A DNA stretch of 64,000 nt from a virus (Duplodnaviria > Caudoviricetes): IMG/VR virus record IMGVR_UViG_3300037067_003221, positions 64,001-128,000 of that record. One strand, written 5' to 3'. Numbering within the stretch: position 1 is the first letter of the stretch; the number at the start of each line of letters is the position of its first letter. The notes beneath the pieces are model-generated. The model did not search any database. It saw only the letters and a list, made by a program, of their open reading frames with translations, and was not told the DNA's origin. Below are positions 38,644 to 49,042 of the stretch, in pieces. A program made the position numbers and the translations under genes.

Positions 38644-38672
38644 ATTATACCACACTAATTGCTGTTTGTCAA
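38644..38672 (-). promoter_or_regulatory. sigma70-type promoter
   Basis: RC TTGACA-17nt(TGTGG)-TATAAT-6nt-ATG. Confidence 0.85.
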
Positions 38673-38678
38673 GCGAAT

Positions 38679-39980
38679 TTAATCACCGATTTGGTTCATC
38701 ATGTCAATTTTGTACCGCTTCGGACCTTTGAGTTCGCCGTCGGTTTTCAACTTGACTGGCAACCGCCATGTTACTCCATACTTTTCATGTACGCCGTGGA
38801 TGATCTGGGTGGGTTCTGTATAACCCGAAAAACTGTTGTAAACGTAGGCATCCGATGCTATCCATGTTCCGTTAATCAACAACTCACCATCCAACTCACT
38901 AGTCGTTCCAGGCCGGTGGAAGTGCCCACACGCATAATAACGGACCCGTGTGCCCTTCTGGATGCCCGCCAGGGCAGACAATCGTGACTGCTTGCGGCTC
39001 AAACCATACCACGGAATGCCCATGCTGGTTTTAATATCGTCGCCGTGGAACACCGAGAATCCAACACCGTTAATGTCAAGATTCACCGTATAAGTATCGG
39101 GGATAATAAAGTTGGTATTGGGAATATCTCGGCAATGTAGCCGAGCAACTTCCGCAACCATATAATCCCAATTATCTTTAGCTCCGTGATAATCTTTCTT
39201 AATCGACCGGCGACCGTGGTTTCCAGGCACGTACAGCACATTGACTGTCTCAAAGTACGGGGCTAAGTCCCGAATCATCAGTGCATGTAGCTGGCCAATT
39301 GCAAATGAGTTCTTAAACGCATTGCGGAAATATGATCGTTGTGTGTTCCCATGAATTTCGCCACTCGTATGATCGCCGTAGGCTAGGATAGTCAACGTGG
39401 GGAAATAAAATTGCGGAGCTAATGTCTGTTGGGTCCATTTCAAAACCGTATCAACATAATGTTCAGCCCGCCGCATACTCACGGGGAATGTGTGGTTTTC
39501 CAACCCGCCACATTCAGACGGCTTGACGACTTGATCGTGGTGTCCGTCCGACAGGTGCATAACCAAATCCTCTTCGATTTGGCCAGCTTCTACAAGCCCA
39601 CGTTCGACCGGCAAGGCACTTGGCAGCGCATCATACGGCTTAACTACATCTTGGATTTCCTCGACAATTGCCTGGAAGATGCCGTGGTCTTTAAGCATCG
39701 CTCTGTTCTGTTTTTGCAGCGCACTCCGCTCCTCCCTCAGAAGATTTACTTCGGCTTGTAGGTCGAGGACTCGCCCATCAGTGGGGTCGTATCCCGCAAC
39801 TCCACGGCCACCACGGACCCGCGTTGGCACGTCGATCTTTACTTCGCGCCATGCGCGACCAGTCGAAATATCAGAGATCAGAGAACGGCTAACACCGAAC
39901 TTTGTGGCTAGTGCCGGTTGGGTAGCTCCACCCGCCAACTCCATCTTAATTTCGGCAACTTTGTCTTTGTCCAACTTCAT
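38679..39980 (-). CDS. HTH + coiled coil + calcineurin-like metallophosphoesterase
   Basis: TQPALATKFGVSRSLIS; HLSDGH, GDHTSG, VPGNHGR, FHGD, CGHFH. Confidence 0.85.
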   Translation of the reverse strand: MKLDKDKVAEIKMELAGGATQPALATKFGVSRSLISDISTGRAWREVKIDVPTRVRGGRGVAGYDPTDGRVLDLQAEVNLLREERSALQKQNRAMLKDHGIFQAIVEEIQDVVKPYDALPSALPVERGLVEAGQIEEDLVMHLSDGHHDQVVKPSECGGLENHTFPVSMRRAEHYVDTVLKWTQQTLAPQFYFPTLTILAYGDHTSGEIHGNTQRSYFRNAFKNSFAIGQLHALMIRDLAPYFETVNVLYVPGNHGRRSIKKDYHGAKDNWDYMVAEVARLHCRDIPNTNFIIPDTYTVNLDINGVGFSVFHGDDIKTSMGIPWYGLSRKQSRLSALAGIQKGTRVRYYACGHFHRPGTTSELDGELLINGTWIASDAYVYNSFSGYTEPTQIIHGVHEKYGVTWRLPVKLKTDGELKGPKRYKIDMMNQIGD

Positions 39981-40035
39981 ATAAAACTCCTATAAAGGTT
40001 GCAAAAATGCAACAATACGTGTAAATTCACAACCA

Positions 40036-41772
40036 TTACTTGCCTGTGCAAATGGTGTGCCTTTTGATGATAGATTTCACAGCGTCCACGAAATATTTGG
40101 GTTCATCATTATCGACTAAAATTGTTTTTAGGTCTAATGCGTCAACCCGCTTTTTCATATCATCGACCCCACAATCGGGTAGGATATTGTCGATCAGCAT
40201 TAAAGCCTTGTCAATATATTCCTGTCGATTTGTTGCAATCAGATTAGTTATACCAACCTTCCGCATTACAGCCGACGATGCTCGGTTGTAAAAATAATTC
40301 CCCTCCCATGTCACAACCGGGCAGCCAACAAACAGCGAATCAACGATTGTGTTATAGCCACCAAATGGGTAGGAATCTAGGGTAAACTGTGCGGCCTCCA
40401 TCTTTTCCAAGTAATCTTGGTAGGGCATATTGCCATAGGCAATCGCGTTCTTTCCAAATAGGTCGGCCAAACCTCGCATGAACGGGATGGCATTTTGATA
40501 CCGGCCAACTGTCCATGACGGGAAAAATTGGAATACAATAGGCTTACTTGCACGTTGCTGTATTTCCTGTAGCACTTGCAGCATAGGATAGTTAATCTTA
40601 GCAGAAGTCCAACAGCAATTTATCAAAAACATATCCGATTTCGGGTGTTTTCGAGTATAGTTAGGAAATACCGGATGCGCCCCGATTCCTGGGATAAGTA
40701 CAAGTTTTTCACTATAATTTTCTTGGGCAGTTTTTGATTCCGAATCTTCGCCACCGATGAAATAATCAATTAGTGAACCATACGTACTTACAGGATGGCC
40801 ATATCCAGTCACCATAATTGGAGCAAAACGTAAGTTTGCCAAGGCGACTGATTCATAGTTCATTCCAATATCAGGAAAATAGGCTAGTTGAAAATCATTT
40901 GATTTTAATGCCGTGGCATCTAAAGTTTTGAAATCCGGTGATAAGTCAACTTGTATCACTTTCTTAAACAATGACTTGTCGAGTGTTTCCAATTTTCCGC
41001 CAGAATGAACCAGCGTCAATTCATATTCTTTTGCCAAGGCTTCAATTTGATGGTAACAACTTTTATATACCGCCGTACTCGGTTGCCAACGAGCGGTGAC
41101 AATCGCAATGCTCTTTGGATTAGGATTATTTGAAATCCTAATCTTTGAAACTTGGTCACGCACTTGTTTATTCATTGCAACTTTTATATCCCTGTCAGCT
41201 TCCATGTAGGTGCTTTGGAAATATAAAGGTGCTGTTCGGAAATCAGTTAAACGCAATTTTGCAGGTATATTTTTTAACTGCTTCACACATCGATCATGCA
41301 CTTCTCTTGTCAATGTTCCGGGTGGTGCAGTCTGGTAATTTAGCCAGCAAATTGTACTCAAAGCCGGATTCGCATTGAACAATATATCCCAGTCAATAAG
41401 TTCTTTATTGTAGCAAGTATTAAGGGCCAGGATTTTAACAAAGTTATTTTCTTGAATAAGGACTCTTCGCAGATAACTATCTGTAGTTCCGATACAAGAA
41501 ACAGCAGTCACATTAGCTACAAGGTGTCCGAGGTTGGCGTAGATTTGAGCGTCCGCCGCTGGAATCTCAAAATCTTGCTGAGTAAAAATATAAAGAAACG
41601 TAGCAACATACGTGTCTAAATCTTTCTGATCTTCTTTGCCAATCGAACCGAAGGTTGTTTCATTGAAGTACCTAAGTTTCTCAATGAATAGTCGGCTCAG
41701 AGCCGCGTATTCTTTTCTTTGGTACATCTTCAACAAGGTATCAGTCGTCGGTAATGGTAGGCTCATAGTCAA
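40036..41772 (-). CDS. HMW1C/GT41-like protein glycosyltransferase
   Basis: HMW1C-like helical N-terminus; YFPDIGM..LANLRFAPIMVTGYGHPVST..IDYF, KIN, LDSYPFGGYNTIVDSLFVGCPVVTWEG. Confidence 0.85.
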   Translation of the reverse strand: MTMSLPLPTTDTLLKMYQRKEYAALSRLFIEKLRYFNETTFGSIGKEDQKDLDTYVATFLYIFTQQDFEIPAADAQIYANLGHLVANVTAVSCIGTTDSYLRRVLIQENNFVKILALNTCYNKELIDWDILFNANPALSTICWLNYQTAPPGTLTREVHDRCVKQLKNIPAKLRLTDFRTAPLYFQSTYMEADRDIKVAMNKQVRDQVSKIRISNNPNPKSIAIVTARWQPSTAVYKSCYHQIEALAKEYELTLVHSGGKLETLDKSLFKKVIQVDLSPDFKTLDATALKSNDFQLAYFPDIGMNYESVALANLRFAPIMVTGYGHPVSTYGSLIDYFIGGEDSESKTAQENYSEKLVLIPGIGAHPVFPNYTRKHPKSDMFLINCCWTSAKINYPMLQVLQEIQQRASKPIVFQFFPSWTVGRYQNAIPFMRGLADLFGKNAIAYGNMPYQDYLEKMEAAQFTLDSYPFGGYNTIVDSLFVGCPVVTWEGNYFYNRASSAVMRKVGITNLIATNRQEYIDKALMLIDNILPDCGVDDMKKRVDALDLKTILVDNDEPKYFVDAVKSIIKRHTICTGK

Positions 41773-42922
41773 CTAATTCTCCATCTTGCAAAGTCAACAG
41801 TCGTTGATATTTTAATCCACGACTCTGGATATCACGATAAATATCGTTGGCCCGCCACGGGGTCGTAATGACAACAGTAGGCGATTCCATACCACGAATA
41901 ATCTCTGGGTCACGAATCTTTTGTCCCGTCCCTGGCACGTATTTATTCCATTTACCGCTATCGGAATCCACCACCCAAGTAAACTTAGTGGCATCAAGTT
42001 TGTGGTTGTTGATGAAGGCCGCGCTCTTACCAGTGCCGCCCCACAGGATTACATTTCTCAGGGCTTCAAGTTGTTCTTTAACAGTGGCTACTGACTTTCT
42101 TACCTTCGCGGTAAAATTGTCGGCCAACACTTTATTATATCGCAACGCTTGCGACTTTGGCTTAAAAATGCCAACTAACACTTCGTCACCATAGCAGCGT
42201 GAAATTTCTAACAACTCAAATCCAGACCCCATAAACAAAGCAGCCAAACTACTCATAGTAAAGTTTGATACATGCTCATATAGGAAATCTGATAACCGTC
42301 CTAGTTCGAGTGAGTTATCCAAACATGGAACTTCCGCCACAAAAATTGGCTCAATTCCATAGATTCCTGACCAATAAGAAATCTGTGAAACAAACTCTCG
42401 CGGATTTTCCAAATGCTCGATCACATGGCGGCAAATTAACAGCGAGGGGTTATGCCGTCGTAAATCCCGTTCTGGAATAAAGTAATCTTGTACGATAGTA
42501 AAATCACGTTGCTTACGTGCGTCAATTCCAGGTTCATAGCCTACACACCGGGCTTCTGGATAGGCTTCGCTCAACATCTGCAAAAACTGAGAGTCTCCAC
42601 AGCCAATATCTATTACTTGTCCATCCTTCCATGTTGGGGCGTTCTCCACTAGATGCTCCGCCAACCCCTTCATGTGTTCTTGCCACAATGGACCATTATT
42701 ATACATCCGATTACTGTCGCCTTCATACGGCACTTGAGCGTATTGGAAGTCAACATTAAACACATGGCCGCAGACTGCGCACATCTTAAAAGACATAGGC
42801 AATCTAATAGCGGAAGTTGCATCCTCTGCCGACTTCGGTAGATTCAAAGCTACCAGTGGAGAGGGTTCAGGATTATAGATGGGAAGTAAAATGTTATTTC
42901 CACAAACAATACAAGTATTCAT
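41741..42922 (-). CDS. NDP-sugar C-methyltransferase family (Zn-binding + class I MTase + C-terminal domain)
   Basis: CIVC..CAVCGHV, IDIGCGD, RHVIEH, YEHVSNF, WGGTGK, VDSD..K..YVPGTG. Confidence 0.85.
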   Translation of the reverse strand: MNTCIVCGNNILLPIYNPEPSPLVALNLPKSAEDATSAIRLPMSFKMCAVCGHVFNVDFQYAQVPYEGDSNRMYNNGPLWQEHMKGLAEHLVENAPTWKDGQVIDIGCGDSQFLQMLSEAYPEARCVGYEPGIDARKQRDFTIVQDYFIPERDLRRHNPSLLICRHVIEHLENPREFVSQISYWSGIYGIEPIFVAEVPCLDNSLELGRLSDFLYEHVSNFTMSSLAALFMGSGFELLEISRCYGDEVLVGIFKPKSQALRYNKVLADNFTAKVRKSVATVKEQLEALRNVILWGGTGKSAAFINNHKLDATKFTWVVDSDSGKWNKYVPGTGQKIRDPEIIRGMESPTVVITTPWRANDIYRDIQSRGLKYQRLLTLQDGELVDYEPTITDD

Positions 42923-43056
42923 TTTGTTATCCTTTAATGGTGAGTACAAGTTGGCCCGTGATAAGACTCGCACCAACAATAGTTGCACAAACTAAACCGC
43001 CAACAACCAGTATTGCCGGGACTAAACTAGAGTCTCCGAGATACCCACCAGCCGCT

Positions 43057-43644
43057 TCAACCATCGACACTACCAGCGATAGGGCCAACGTACACACTAC
43101 CGTCACTAAGAGGCAGGTCAACATTATTCTTCTCCGTTAAAATTTCTAAAACTTCTTCAAGTGAAAATGGACGTAATACACCAAAATGTGCGAAGGCTGA
43201 ATCCAGCCCAACATCCAGGCGACCGATTTCCTTGGGTAGCCGGTTGTGGCAGTGCCCGTGTAGGTTCAAGCCACCATAGGCCCAACTCGACCATGAAGCC
43301 AGTGGATAGTGGCAAAGTGAAATTACTCGCCCACCAATCTTCTTAACAGCCAACATTTCAAATGTTGAGACATGCCGTGCCAATGAACTTGCATCATGGT
43401 TGCCGCGAGTACAATGAATCTTACGGCAATTGATGCGGGACCGATAGTGGCCAGCCTTACTAGCCGTCCAACAAAAGTCGCCCAAGTGCCATAGTTCATC
43501 GTCACGCTTAACAAATTGATTGAGCGTACTAATAATCTCGTCGTCGTGATCTTTAATATTAAAAAATGCTCGACTTGTATGTTGCAGTATAGCAGCATGA
43601 TTAAAGTGCGTATCGGCTGTAAACCAAATCATTATGAGTCCCAA
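43057..43644 (-). CDS. Calcineurin-like phosphoesterase
   Basis: ADTHFNH, LGDF, GNHD, CHYP, HGHCH, DVGLD. Confidence 0.9.
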   Translation of the reverse strand: MGLIMIWFTADTHFNHAAILQHTSRAFFNIKDHDDEIISTLNQFVKRDDELWHLGDFCWTASKAGHYRSRINCRKIHCTRGNHDASSLARHVSTFEMLAVKKIGGRVISLCHYPLASWSSWAYGGLNLHGHCHNRLPKEIGRLDVGLDSAFAHFGVLRPFSLEEVLEILTEKNNVDLPLSDGSVYVGPIAGSVDG

Positions 43645-44090
43645 TATCTATGAAATTCTTCTTCGTACTCGGCATCTTGGATTGCACTAATATGGAAATG
43701 TAACCTGTCCATAATCATCTGCATACCAATTTTAACACCGGCGTTATTTGTCATGTGCTGTAGTCTATCACATCTGTCCCAAGCCAAATGAAGTTCCCGC
43801 GTTGCCATTTTAACATGTGCTTCTGCTTGCACGATCAAAGCTGCTTGCTCACCTTTCATAGTGACTCCTGCTCTAAAGGCTTGGTTACTTTCCGAATCGT
43901 CTCCACCAGTTTATTCAAGGACGGGTCGCGGCTGATCTTTTGAAATGCTTCCGCTAAAAGTTCCGGCTGATTCAGTATAAGACCCGTTAATGGCATAGCT
44001 CCACTAAAGGTATCTGTCCTATAGATCATGTGAACTCCGTCAGTTTGTAATTGGAAAACTATTTCCCGGTTCATAATTTAATCTCCTAAG

Positions 44091-44162
44091 CTGCATGGGC
44101 AGGACTTGAACCTGCAACCTTGCGGTTAACAGCCGCTTGCTCCACCATTGAGCTACCATGCA
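44091..44162 (-). tRNA. tRNA-Asn(GTT)
   Basis: RC TGCATGG/CCATGCA-G, GCGG-CTGTTAA-CCGC. Confidence 0.93.
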
Positions 44163-44454
44163 GTAATGCTACTTATCATTGAAAACAAGTTTTCGCATAT
44201 CTTCCAGATGGAACTTCGTAGCGGCCAATTCGCCCTCTGCCTTGACAGTTTTGGAGGGCCTCAATCCGGCATTGAACAGTGCATCACATAATCGTTGTGC
44301 ATCGTCAACATGCAGCCGCAATGAAGGTTCACATATTTCAAACTCTTTCTTCTCAACAAACTCTGGTTTTAAGACAATCAATTTTCTGTCTAGTGTATCC
44401 CACCAGATATGTAGTTGATTCCAGCCATAGTTGACTTGGGCCGTACAACGTAAA

Positions 44455-44481
44455 TCTCTAAGGTCTCTAAGGTCTCTAAGG
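44455..44481. repeat. 9-bp tandem repeat x3 at the 5' end of ORF 44169..44489
   Basis: TCTCTAAGG x3, encoding (DLR)n. Confidence 0.9.
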
Positions 44482-45029
44482 TCGCTCATGGTTTATTCCT
44501 ATGTTAAATCTTTGCAATTAACAATGTCCCTAAAGTTGGGACGTGCGCTTCAACTTCAATTATAGTCCCTTGTTTTGCAATCGAATATCCCAAGGTAACT
44601 GAAATTTCAAAATATTTTTTAGCGTTTAGGCGCGCATTTGAAATCCGCTCCAATACTCGATCACATATAGCATAAATTTTATTTAACATTACTGTGTCGT
44701 CACCTTGGTTATATTCCATGTCGGTGCATACACCTTGCTCCATAATACTAGTATGCCCGGTCTTAAAATCAACTTTATTTAAGCTGTATTTTTCAACCCC
44801 TAGTAAAAGATACTGTTCTACTTGTGCATTAACTCTATCATTCATTTCTTTGGCTCCGGTTCAGTTGTCCAGTAGGACCAATTATCCCAGTTAGCAAATG
44901 TCTCAGCCAGAGCCTTACGATGCTCTTCGGCCTCTTCTCTTGATGGATATGGGCCACACTCGCCACATTCAGGCACGCGCGTGACCCACCATTCTTTATC
45001 AATCTTCTTACTCACCATGTTAGGTTTGC

Positions 45030-45476
45030 TCATAATGATAAGATAGCCTTAACTACATTCAAACCTTCTTCCAAAGTCTCAACCCGGAACCCTACAGCTT
45101 CACGAATCATTGCATGGTCGTGAACATTCCCTTCTTTCTCGATGCACAAGACAATAGGGATGCGGCATTCAAATGCCCAAGCAATCTCCATAACCGTTCC
45201 AATACTGACATTTGTAGCTCCGATTAAGTTCACAAGTAGCACATCACAACGAGTGCAGTCCCAGTGGTCGCGGGTCATAATGCCACGGGAACAACTTAGC
45301 ACCGTATCATAATCACTACCGATACAATCTTCTCGGGCCAAATAACCTTTGGCCCGCATAGGGTCAAGCCCATCGTGGCCCGCGTTATACAATTCCTTAA
45401 ACGCCCAATCCCGCCAGGAAGTGCAGCCTTCATACGATAGTCCGGTGATCGGGCCAGCCAAATAAACTTTATACAT
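45030..45476 (-). CDS. Second nucleoside 2-deoxyribosyltransferase-like protein
   Basis: VYLAGPI..WR..LDPMR..RD..CDVLLVN..SIGTVMEIAWA. Confidence 0.85.
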   Translation of the reverse strand: MYKVYLAGPITGLSYEGCTSWRDWAFKELYNAGHDGLDPMRAKGYLAREDCIGSDYDTVLSCSRGIMTRDHWDCTRCDVLLVNLIGATNVSIGTVMEIAWAFECRIPIVLCIEKEGNVHDHAMIREAVGFRVETLEEGLNVVKAILSL

Positions 45477-45478
45477 AA

Positions 45479-45691
45479 TTATTCCTCAACTTTACCCCAT
45501 GTGATACTATTCCAAATACATTCGTGCTGGAAATAGAACAAAATCTTTACCAACAGACATGCAACAGCCAGTGCTGCACTAGAGCAAACGCTGCCCGTGA
45601 ATGGGTAGCTGATTGCTGCTGTTAATACTGTTGAAAAGGACTCCCATGTAATCGCTTTTGTCAGCGTTCGTTTTCTCGTACTTTTAAGCAT
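45479..45691 (-). CDS. DUF2061-like membrane protein
   Basis: RKRTLTKAITW..KILFYFQHECIW..ITWG. Confidence 0.75.
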   Translation of the reverse strand: MLKSTRKRTLTKAITWESFSTVLTAAISYPFTGSVCSSAALAVACLLVKILFYFQHECIWNSITWGKVEE

Positions 45692-46023
45692 GGGTAGATT
45701 CCTTTCATTTCAGTCCGTCTCGGAGGATACAAATTTCTGAATCGCCTAAAAGTTTCTTGACTTCTTCAAGTCGCGTTTTAGGCACGATAATTGGCACATA
45801 ACTATCCGGGTAAGTGATAACACAGCCGCCTGGATACTTATCCATATCCAACCATTGTACTCCATCAATATTTCCGTGGTATTTAAGGAGTACAAAATCT
45901 ACCGAGACATTGGCCGGTAGTTTAGGATTCGTTTCGGTGGCAGCATTTACCACCCACAACCCGCCAAAAAATGTACCCCAGAGAATAGCAATACTCCCCA
46001 GAAACATCGTAATAAATCTAGTT

Positions 46024-47982
46024 TTAGTCGGATACATTCTCAACATCCTCTACGTTTAAGACTTCTTTGAACGTGCCCATAGACATAAGTTCAAGTCGTC
46101 GGTTATCTCTTAAAACTTCCAGCACTTTCATATCTGTTGGCAGATGAATTAGGTCAACAATAGTTGCTCCCTTATTCACATCCATCCCAATACGATGGAT
46201 ACGATCTTCCGATTGGGTTCGTGATTCCGGGTTGAAATCATTCGACCAATAGACAATCATCCGGGCTTCAACTAAAGTTAAAGCCATACCACCAGATTTA
46301 GGGTGCGCTACAAACACGACTCTTGGATGATTTTCCAAATCAGCCCAGTAATCCAACGGGGCTTCATCTGTACTTGTTCCATCAACACGTTTAACGCTCC
46401 ATCCACGGCCATCAACTTGGACAACATCCCAACCTTGTTTCAAACAAAGTTTAGTGACCTTATCCACACTGCCCGTGAATCCAGAGAATACGACCAATCG
46501 GCCACACTCTTCATTTTCATCGAGCAATTCAATAAGTGCCTGTTCCTTGGGGCATGGCACTTCTTTTACAATCCGTTCAACTTTATCAACTTCCCCCGTT
46601 CCATTGCATGACGCACACGGTAGTTCTTTCTGAATCAAAGTCTTGACATACTCAGGATCGAGCATATCGACCATTGTGAAAGCGCGTTCGTCATCCTCTG
46701 GATCAACCCAATAGGTTGTGGTTGTCTTGCCTTCACAAACCGGGCACGTTTCTTTTCCGACAACTTTATCCCGGTATTGGAACCCGTCACTTAATTCACG
46801 TAGCCATGTTAGGCCGGTGATAGTATTCGGAGCGGATTTTACCAATGACTGCGCCACACGCAGTATTGACGGGTTGGGCTTGCATTCAACAATACGGTAT
46901 CGTTTATCAGGTAGGTCTAAACAATCTTTCTTATGTTTAACAACAACCAGACCTTTCAAACGCTCGTATAAATACGCGACTTCATTTTTGCACGGCTCAA
47001 AATTGTGTACTACTTCCCCTGGGCATGGAATCATGCCTGGGTACGTATGTTGTCCTTCTTCCAACAATTCGCCACAGACATTGCAGCGTTCTTCGGAATC
47101 TCGCCAGCCAACTAACTTCCAGAAAGTATTTCCAATCAGTCCTTCTTCTTTTCGATGGATACCCAATCGGAACTTAAAGGAATCTGCCGTGCCCTCTCGC
47201 AAGAAACCCGGCCAAGCAATTTCCGCTTGTGCCCACCAGTCCACTGGACTCTTGGGGCTGGGTGTTCCTGACATTAGGATAACATAACCTTCATATCCAT
47301 ATTCTGCTCTTACGGCATCGGCCAAGGCTTGAGCAGCTTGCGTTCGTTGAGTCTTAGCAGTTTTTAATCTGCTAGATTCATCGAAGATAACGCCCTCTGG
47401 TGCCGGGTCGCCAGACTTCCAGAATCCCATTCGTTTGACAAGACCTTCATAGGTCATCAATTCAACTTCAATATCGTCTCGAAGATTCCATCGCTTGAAC
47501 TCACGTTCCACCGCATATAAACCTGAACGAGGCGCAACCCACCACCATTTCTTCTTTCCAGACTTCTCCATAACCTCAATGGCTGAGAGGGTCTTTCCGG
47601 TGCCCATTTCAGCACCCCAGATTTGATAGTGATATGTCAACCCTGCATCAGACATATCTTTCTGATGCTGCATCAACGGTCGTGTATATTCAAAATTGAT
47701 TAGGTCACGGTCAAAATGTTCAAATGGATTTAAGCCCATCATTGCTTGTAACTGGAACCAGTTTCGTGTGCAATTTTCAACGGACCAAATCTTACGTGGT
47801 GGGTCGTCGAACCCGTGCCACTTACTGCCCTTCATTGCTTTAATCTCGTCTTTCGATTCAAACGGAGATTTGCGAAATTCGATGCGAGCAGGCGTAATGA
47901 AAATTTGTGCTGGTACTTTGATTCGGGAACCTGCCTTGGTTTCCTTAATCAATTTAATATCAAGTAGTGTATTCAATTCCAT
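46024..47982 (-). CDS. SNF2-like SF2 helicase with Zn-finger insertions
   Basis: EMGTGKT, DESS, SGTP, SGGMALTL, QSEDRIHRIG. Confidence 0.9.
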   Translation of the reverse strand: MELNTLLDIKLIKETKAGSRIKVPAQIFITPARIEFRKSPFESKDEIKAMKGSKWHGFDDPPRKIWSVENCTRNWFQLQAMMGLNPFEHFDRDLINFEYTRPLMQHQKDMSDAGLTYHYQIWGAEMGTGKTLSAIEVMEKSGKKKWWWVAPRSGLYAVEREFKRWNLRDDIEVELMTYEGLVKRMGFWKSGDPAPEGVIFDESSRLKTAKTQRTQAAQALADAVRAEYGYEGYVILMSGTPSPKSPVDWWAQAEIAWPGFLREGTADSFKFRLGIHRKEEGLIGNTFWKLVGWRDSEERCNVCGELLEEGQHTYPGMIPCPGEVVHNFEPCKNEVAYLYERLKGLVVVKHKKDCLDLPDKRYRIVECKPNPSILRVAQSLVKSAPNTITGLTWLRELSDGFQYRDKVVGKETCPVCEGKTTTTYWVDPEDDERAFTMVDMLDPEYVKTLIQKELPCASCNGTGEVDKVERIVKEVPCPKEQALIELLDENEECGRLVVFSGFTGSVDKVTKLCLKQGWDVVQVDGRGWSVKRVDGTSTDEAPLDYWADLENHPRVVFVAHPKSGGMALTLVEARMIVYWSNDFNPESRTQSEDRIHRIGMDVNKGATIVDLIHLPTDMKVLEVLRDNRRLELMSMGTFKEVLNVEDVENVSD

Positions 47983-48118
47983 TAGTCGTCCCTCTCTCCC
48001 ATTGCATCGTCGATTAACGCATCCAACTCTCCATCGAGATCGTCGTCATAGTCATCCCAATCTTCTTCTCCCCAAGCGTCTCGGTCGTCCATATCGTCAT
48101 ACGGAAATGCTGGCATGG

Positions 48119-48643
48119 TTATTTCCTCTCGTCTGTAATTAAAAGAAATGTGTGATCTGGGGCTTGTTTTTTGCTTGCCCCGAAAAGTTCCGTTAAACCT
48201 AAATTACCAAATGCTGTGTATAGGCTATCAAAAGCACACCTAGTTTGGGTGGTCTGATCTGCCCTACAACCTCTTAATATTGCTCGCCGCCATTGTCTCA
48301 ATGACCCAGATACGATAATGGCTTGAATACCACGCACCACCGTCTCTGCCAGTGCAAATGGCATACCGGAGGTAATTTCCAGTATGGGAATCATATCTCG
48401 TTCATCTGAGGCGAAAAGACAACAAAAGTGTAGTAAATCGTAAACATCTGTTGCGCCTCTAACTCCGGGCGGCACATTCTCGTTTCGGAAGCCAGCCAGA
48501 ATAGTCATCAAGTGAGGTATCTCTTTGAGATTTGCCCCATCGGCTTTTCGGGCTGGTGAATATCCAAGCATTTCTCTGCATAAAGGCAGAAAGATGTTTT
48601 TATCCAAATCCGGTTTCGTGATTATAATTGCTACTGGATTCAT
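48119..48643 (-). CDS. hypothetical protein with weak ThyX-like motif
   Basis: IIVSGSLRQWR; no RHRxxSxxxxS motif. Confidence 0.4.
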   Translation of the reverse strand: MNPVAIIITKPDLDKNIFLPLCREMLGYSPARKADGANLKEIPHLMTILAGFRNENVPPGVRGATDVYDLLHFCCLFASDERDMIPILEITSGMPFALAETVVRGIQAIIVSGSLRQWRRAILRGCRADQTTQTRCAFDSLYTAFGNLGLTELFGASKKQAPDHTFLLITDERK

Positions 48644-48832
48644 GGTATCGTTCCCAGAGTTTATCCATCGCTTCATCTAACGTATGGATTGAGTAAATCA
48701 AAATATGTTTCTTTCCGTAGGCGAACAATCTTCGATACTCTAACGAAGAATCCCTCACCTTAATCGTTTGTACGTCAAGGCGAAGGATGCGTTCTTGTCC
48801 ATCAAGCGGTCCACCTATAAAGTAGGCCGTTA

Positions 48833-49042
48833 TCATTGCTTTCTCCATTTCCAGTAGTTGACGATGGCAAGTCCAACGGCAATGGCATCTACTGCAAACA
48901 TATCCCACATTTGTAATTGTGTGGCATAAATACACCACAACACGTTTCCAATGAAGGAAAGTACCCAGCCAGACTTCTTCTTACAGCCAATCAAATACAT
49001 GGCTCCAAAGATCAGTATATTTGCAATCCAGCCGAGTGTCAT
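48833..49042 (-). CDS. Short PnuC-like membrane protein
   Basis: LGWIANI..YLIGCKKKSGW..GNVLW..YWKW. Confidence 0.55.
   Translation of the reverse strand: MTLGWIANILIFGAMYLIGCKKKSGWVLSFIGNVLWCIYATQLQMWDMFAVDAIAVGLAIVNYWKWRKQ

Noticed and set aside
48119-48676. Thymidylate synthase ThyX
   Set aside because: The catalytic RHRxxSxxxxS motif is absent
48600-48938. FIGGPLDG protein as an eighth GGPP paralogue
   Set aside because: The motif is N-terminal and lacks the downstream GTL..D; it looks like a different small-protein type
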